Made by a program: the position numbers and the translations under genes. DNA of 64,000 bases from Candidatus Latescibacterota bacterium (GTDB taxonomy: Bacteria; Latescibacterota; UBA2968; UBA8231): positions 1,216,001-1,280,000 of the forward strand of contig CBDCDC010000002.1 in NCBI GenBank assembly GCA_965215195.1, in the 5' to 3' direction. Below the pieces are notes generated by a model. That model saw only the letters and a list, made by a program, of their open reading frames with translations. It did not search any database and had not been told where the DNA came from. Below are positions 59,591 to 64,000 of the stretch, in pieces. Numbering within the stretch: the first letter of the stretch is position 1; each line of letters opens with the position of its first letter.

Positions 59591-59722
59591 ATGATCGCTC
59601 TGCACAAGCCCGAACGCGCCACCTACGGCCAAGCCGTCGAGGCCCAGTATGAATACCAGAACATGGTATGCGACGCATATGATGCTAGGTGCTGGGATCC
59701 GGGGCACAGAAGGTGCTGCTAG
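59591..59722 (+). CDS. Cys-rich precursor peptide 4: MIALHKPERATYGQAVEAQ-YEYQNMVCDAYDARCWDPGHRRCC (43 aa)
   Basis: AAGGAG RBS; C-terminal part of track ORF 59534-59722. Confidence 0.88.
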   Translation: MIALHKPERATYGQAVEAQYEYQNMVCDAYDARCWDPGHRRCC

Positions 59723-59933
59723 GGAGAACAAACTTCGCGACGGCCCGGCTGTCACCACTTGGTTCGATAGAACCTCTCATCCTTGACTAAGCGGGCCGTT
59801 GACTCTGGCGAGTAGGCCGTGGGTCTCAGCGAACACGGTCTACTCCGCCGGCCTTCGGACTCTGAAAGATCGTAGTTCCTTTAGTCCATTCATTGGTATG
59901 GGTCAGACACCAACCATTCACAGGGAGGATGCT

Positions 59934-61049
59934 ATGAACAAGCGGATACATTTTATCGCGGGCGTCGGCACTATGGCGCTATGCGCCGGGTGCAGCGACG
60001 TGCCAGAAGGCCGGATAGAGATTACCCCGCCAGCGGCCGATCTTGCCTTCGACGAGACGTTCGTCAAGGACCGGGACATTCATCTCAACATGCCCGAAGG
60101 CGTCGTTTTGGGCAGAATCGGCCACATGGTAGTCGATTCCAAAGGCAATCTCATCGTTAGGGACCCTATTCAGGATATAGTTTTCCAGACCGATGCTGAG
60201 GGCCATTACTTGCGGCAGATCGGGGCACGAGGGGGAGCAGAGGGCGAGTACTTCATGGTCCTCAAGATACTGCTGGCCCCAAACGACGATCTCTATATCC
60301 ACAGTGCAGGGGAAGGCATGAAGTATCTAGTCTTTTCCGGCGACTCATATACGTTCAAGCGGGAGGCTCCAGACCCTAACCCTGCGTACGTTGACCATGT
60401 CATATTCACCGCAGGAGGCAACATATACGCCTCGGAAGTGGACAGCGAATACGCCCTGTCCCGCCTCGACGACCACTTCAATAAGGTGGACCGCATGTAC
60501 CCTGTCCAAGACACGCGGACAGGACAGGCGCTGAACCGCTTCCACAACACCGTCCTTACTCCCAAGAGGGGAGGTGGCTTCTACTTTATGTATCCGACCT
60601 CCTACGAGATTTACCAATACAGCGAGCAGGGCGAGTTGGAACAGACCTTGTTTAGCGACTACCGCTCCAAGCATCGGGACGGGATCAAACCCTTTCCCCC
60701 CAACTTGAACCCGTACGATTGGAATCCCAAAATTGAAGCGTGGTTCGCCGAGCACATCGTCCGCAGCCAGCTTTTTGAATGCGATCCCGACTTGCTGATC
60801 CTCAAGCAATACAGGCGGGAGGTGGGCGGCGAGTGGAAATACTATCTAAACATCCTAGACAAGGACGGCCATTCGATCGCCGATGGGATCAGCGTACCCG
60901 CCAAGCACACACCGCTGACGGTTGACGGCCGTGAGTTGTATTTCGAGGTAGAGGGCGCGTTCGACGAGGAGACCGGCAAGGTAGGCGATCCGTATGTAGC
61001 TGTCTATCGGCTCGCCAATGATCGCAAAGTAGCCTTTAGCCGCTTGTAG
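59934..61049 (+). CDS. 6-bladed beta-propeller lipoprotein 4
   Basis: GGAGG RBS, lipobox LCAGC, paralog of the other three. Confidence 0.88.
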   Translation: MNKRIHFIAGVGTMALCAGCSDVPEGRIEITPPAADLAFDETFVKDRDIHLNMPEGVVLGRIGHMVVDSKGNLIVRDPIQDIVFQTDAEGHYLRQIGARGGAEGEYFMVLKILLAPNDDLYIHSAGEGMKYLVFSGDSYTFKREAPDPNPAYVDHVIFTAGGNIYASEVDSEYALSRLDDHFNKVDRMYPVQDTRTGQALNRFHNTVLTPKRGGGFYFMYPTSYEIYQYSEQGELEQTLFSDYRSKHRDGIKPFPPNLNPYDWNPKIEAWFAEHIVRSQLFECDPDLLILKQYRREVGGEWKYYLNILDKDGHSIADGISVPAKHTPLTVDGRELYFEVEGAFDEETGKVGDPYVAVYRLANDRKVAFSRL

Positions 61050-61227
61050 AGCGGCCAGAAGTTCTTAGGAGCGGCAGTCCGGTTGTGCATACTCGTTGCC
61101 CCTTGTCGCCGGCCATTGCCCCGATCCACTCCGTGCTTTTATCCCAAAGCACCGCGCCTTATAATTGCGGGAACGCGAGTGCGTCGATGTATGGCATGGT
61201 ACCCATTTACAGAAATGAGGCGCGATA

Positions 61228-62817
61228 GTGCGGCAAGTACATGCCCCAATCACAGGCATAACCGCGATCTGGGCGTTTTTTCTTGTTATTGGTTGCAGTG
61301 CGCCCCACCGCGACGGCCCTTCCTACGGCGGCCAAGTGCGGATCGGGACACCGGGGGGCATGGAGCCGCTCAATCCGCTCATTTCCTCCCGCACCGTGAG
61401 CACGGAGGTATTGGACCTGCTCTTTGAACGCCTGTTCGCGGAATCGCCTGACGGTCAACTTGCCCCGGCGTTGGCCATAGCTTGGCCATTCAGCCCCCGC
61501 CTGAAGTTTTGGGACATCTTACTGCGGTCGGATGCCCAGTTCCACGATGGTCGGCCCGTAACGGCTGAGGACGTGGTCTTTACGCTGCAATTGATGAGAA
61601 AGCAGCAAAACGGGGAGAATTTGCTCTTTGAGCGGGTTGAAGCACTCAGCGACGACATTGTGCGGCTGCACTATGCCGCCCCACTCCAGTGGTCGGCTCT
61701 AGTACACTTGCGGTTGCACATTTTGCCCAAGCATCTCGTCGAACCGCAGTTAGCGGCTGGCTATGGGCTGGACGAGTTGCCGTTCAATCGGCATCCCATT
61801 GGGGCGGGGCCGTTCCGCTTTGCCGATTGGGTGGGCGAGGCTCACTTGAGAATGGTGGCCTTTGAGGAGTATCACGGTGGGCGTCCATACATAGATACAG
61901 TGGAAGTGCGCGGCGATTACCCGGACTCGCGGTACGCGTGGGCCGCGTTTATGCGCGGCGAAAGCGATGTGGTTACGTCCGCGTCATCCGACGATTTGAA
62001 AAGTATCGCCGACAACGCGGCCTTCAACGTGCTCAAAGGGGTAGGGTCGTCCTATATGGCGCTGAACTTAAACTGTCGGCCCGAGTCGGTGCTGACCGAC
62101 CGGCGCGTGCGGGAGGCACTTCATCATGCGATTGATCGCCGAGCGATATGGCGTCTTCTCAGTGGGGAAGCAAAGGAAGATTCGATCTTTATTGCCGGGC
62201 CTTTTCCGCCCGGCTCGATCTATAGCGATCCGCAGGTGGCTGCGCCGATCAAAGACCAGCGGCGCACCCGGGCCATACTGCAAGCGGCCGGCTGGGTCGA
62301 TACAGACGGGGATGGGCTGCGCGAGCGGGACGGCGAGGCGTTGGAATTGACCTTGGTCATGGTCAAAGAAATGCCGCATCGGCACGACATAGCGGCCCAG
62401 TTGCGCAAGGATCTGGAAGAAGTGGGGATTCACCTGCTTATGCAGACCGAGCCTTTACAGACGCTTGCTTCAGTGGGGTCGCGGTTCGATATGGTATTGA
62501 GGGAAGGGTACAGTGACCTCGATCCCGATATAACCGTATCTGAATGGCATTCGCGGAATGCCCGCAATGGGTCGGGCTATGTCAATGCCGAAGTGGATCA
62601 ATTGATCGAAGCCGGTCGATCGGCCTACGACGAGCACGCGCACATCGCCATCTACCGGCGCATCCATCGCCATCTGCTAGCCGATCATCCCACAATTTTC
62701 ATCTGTCGAGAGCCGGTGATGTACGCAGTGCGGCAGCCGTTGCGGGGGGTGGAGTCGAGCCTGCGCTTAGGCGTCTTCCGCAGTTTGCCCGATTGGCATT
62801 GGGATCGGGGGCCGTAG
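61228..62817 (+). CDS. Family 5 (OppA/DppA-like) solute-binding lipoprotein; start approximate
   Basis: LVIGC lipobox, LNPL, PALA..W, FHDGRPVTAEDVVFT, PIGAGPF, VREALHHAIDR, AGWVDTDGDGLRERDG. Confidence 0.9.
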   Translation: MRQVHAPITGITAIWAFFLVIGCSAPHRDGPSYGGQVRIGTPGGMEPLNPLISSRTVSTEVLDLLFERLFAESPDGQLAPALAIAWPFSPRLKFWDILLRSDAQFHDGRPVTAEDVVFTLQLMRKQQNGENLLFERVEALSDDIVRLHYAAPLQWSALVHLRLHILPKHLVEPQLAAGYGLDELPFNRHPIGAGPFRFADWVGEAHLRMVAFEEYHGGRPYIDTVEVRGDYPDSRYAWAAFMRGESDVVTSASSDDLKSIADNAAFNVLKGVGSSYMALNLNCRPESVLTDRRVREALHHAIDRRAIWRLLSGEAKEDSIFIAGPFPPGSIYSDPQVAAPIKDQRRTRAILQAAGWVDTDGDGLRERDGEALELTLVMVKEMPHRHDIAAQLRKDLEEVGIHLLMQTEPLQTLASVGSRFDMVLREGYSDLDPDITVSEWHSRNARNGSGYVNAEVDQLIEAGRSAYDEHAHIAIYRRIHRHLLADHPTIFICREPVMYAVRQPLRGVESSLRLGVFRSLPDWHWDRGP

Positions 62818-62820
62818 GGC

Positions 62821-64000
62821 ATGATACGCCTCCGCAACATGCAGCGCCTCTGGGTGCGGCTGCTGGGCAATCACCTAATCGTCGGGCTGGTGCCCGTGCT
62901 GTTGGCGGCTGGTGTGCTCGTGTACACGGCGCGCAGTGCGCTAGAGCAGGCCGTGCTCGACAGCCACCAGCAGGTGGCCCGGCGGGCGGCCAAGGAGATT
63001 CACCATTTCCTCGCACAGCCCATCGCCAGCCTCAAGGTGCTGGCCCAAAGCATGAACGTGGTCCGCGACCCGTGGCGGCGGCAGAGCCTGTTGAGTCAGG
63101 TGGGGTTGGAACTGAGTGCGGTGGCCGAACTTTGCTTTGTGGATACGAGCGGCGCGATCCAAGCCACCAACATGCTCGATGTCCACGCTCCGCTCCAGCG
63201 CGGTGGACGGCTGCCGCCCGATTATCTGCCTCACGCCCGGGTACTGTGGGCGCAGGTGAAGCGGGAGGAATTCTACGCTTCCGAAGTGGTCCAGCACGAG
63301 GGGCAACCGAGCCTGTTTATCGGCTTGGCCGTGAAAGAGGCCGATAAAGTAGTCGGTGCTTTGATCGCCCGTTTTGCGCTGTACGAAATTTGGCAGCAGG
63401 TGGACCAGATTCGGCTGGGAGATACCGGGCGCGGGGTGCTTTTGGACGCGAGGGGCCGCTATATTGCCTTTCCCGCCCGCCAAGACATCTATCTCGACGC
63501 CCCACATCCCGAATTTGTACCGCACATAAGCGGGAATGGCACTCGGCAATGGCGCGACATCGAGGGACGCGAGTGGGTGGCGGGCTTTGCGTACATTGCG
63601 GACTGGGGCTGGACCGTGGTGGTGCAGCAGGAGGCGCAAGAGGCGTTTGGGCTGGTGGCCATGATGCAGTACCGCGCCAACTGGATCATCGTCGCCTCGG
63701 TGGCCGGTGCCATTTTGCTGGGCTTGGTGCTGTTGCGGTCCATCACTCGGCCCATCAATCGGCTGATGCACACCGTGCGGGCCGTGCAGGCCGGCGAGGC
63801 GTTTGCCCTAAAGTTGCCGGCTATAAAGGACGAATTGTGGGAGTTGGGGCAGGCGTTTACCGAAATGAACCAAGCCCTCGAAGCCCGCAAGGCGGAACTG
63901 GAGGCCGAACTCAACTTCAGTGACCGGCTGATCGAGGACAATCCCCTCGCCATCGCGGTGGTGGACCAACAGCAGCGAACCGTGCGGGTGAACAAGGCTT
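62821..64000 (+). CDS. Sensor histidine kinase-type protein (TM-dCache-TM-HAMP-PAS), partial, runs off window
   Basis: Open frame from ATG 62821, hand-translated: two TMs, Cache motifs (GDTGRGVLLDARG, WGWTVVVQQ), HAMP (ITRPINRL..DELWELGQAFTEM), PAS start (IEDNPLAIAVVD); kinase core not visible. Confidence 0.8.
   Translation, partial: MIRLRNMQRLWVRLLGNHLIVGLVPVLLAAGVLVYTARSALEQAVLDSHQQVARRAAKEIHHFLAQPIASLKVLAQSMNVVRDPWRRQSLLSQVGLELSAVAELCFVDTSGAIQATNMLDVHAPLQRGGRLPPDYLPHARVLWAQVKREEFYASEVVQHEGQPSLFIGLAVKEADKVVGALIARFALYEIWQQVDQIRLGDTGRGVLLDARGRYIAFPARQDIYLDAPHPEFVPHISGNGTRQWRDIEGREWVAGFAYIADWGWTVVVQQEAQEAFGLVAMMQYRANWIIVASVAGAILLGLVLLRSITRPINRLMHTVRAVQAGEAFALKLPAIKDELWELGQAFTEMNQALEARKAELEAELNFSDRLIEDNPLAIAVVDQQQRTVRVNKA

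Noticed and set aside
36397-59722. Assignment to lanthipeptide, ranthipeptide, bufferin/MNIO or proteusin classes
   Set aside because: No LanB/C/M, radical SAM, DUF692, YcaO or NHLP leader recognised in the window
39429-59774. CRISPR array interpretation of the ~38-bp palindromic repeats
   Set aside because: Only pairs about 200 bp apart enclosing ORFs, degenerate, and no cas genes in the window

Overview
GC-rich bacterial window with two parts. (1) 1-24.4 kb is a mostly + strand housekeeping run: tRNA-Lys, TPR protein, efp, accB, accC, gcvH, HNH nuclease, scpA, scpB, rluB, cmk, rpsA, mutS, rlmB, LptD-like, dtd, maf, RodZ-like, priA, PorZ-like propeller and DUF4159-like, interrupted by a 14-repeat ankyrin gene on the - strand. 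By inference the host is an FCB-group (Latescibacterota-like), possibly host-associated bacterium. (2) 24.4-64 kb is an accessory island built from a tandemly amplified, partly decayed cassette. Seven homologous sigma54 promoter modules drive four 43-46 aa peptides. Two of these are absent from the ORF track and two appear there only as N-terminally extended ORFs. They share a near-invariant 19-aa leader, M[TI]ALHKPERATY[GD]QAVEAQ, followed by hypervariable cores with exactly four Cys and a C-terminal Cys pair or triplet. Each peptide gene is flanked by direct repeats and followed by a conserved hairpin and its own variant beta-propeller lipoprotein; CxxC thioredoxin-like genes belong to the same repeat. 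Shared machinery comprises an S8 protease fused to a DUF1611-like domain, an ABC exporter, a redoxin, ACP, rhodanese, MauE/DoxX, a BtrH-like protein and an RND system, with a peptide-binding SBP and a dCache-HAMP-PAS sensor at the right edge. My best interpretation, which is inference, is an undescribed polymorphic Cys-rich RiPP/peptide-signal system with cognate receptor or immunity lipoproteins. AAA-ATPase/PD-(D/E)XK genes, IS remnants, MITEs and a decayed toxin-antitoxin pair are interspersed.
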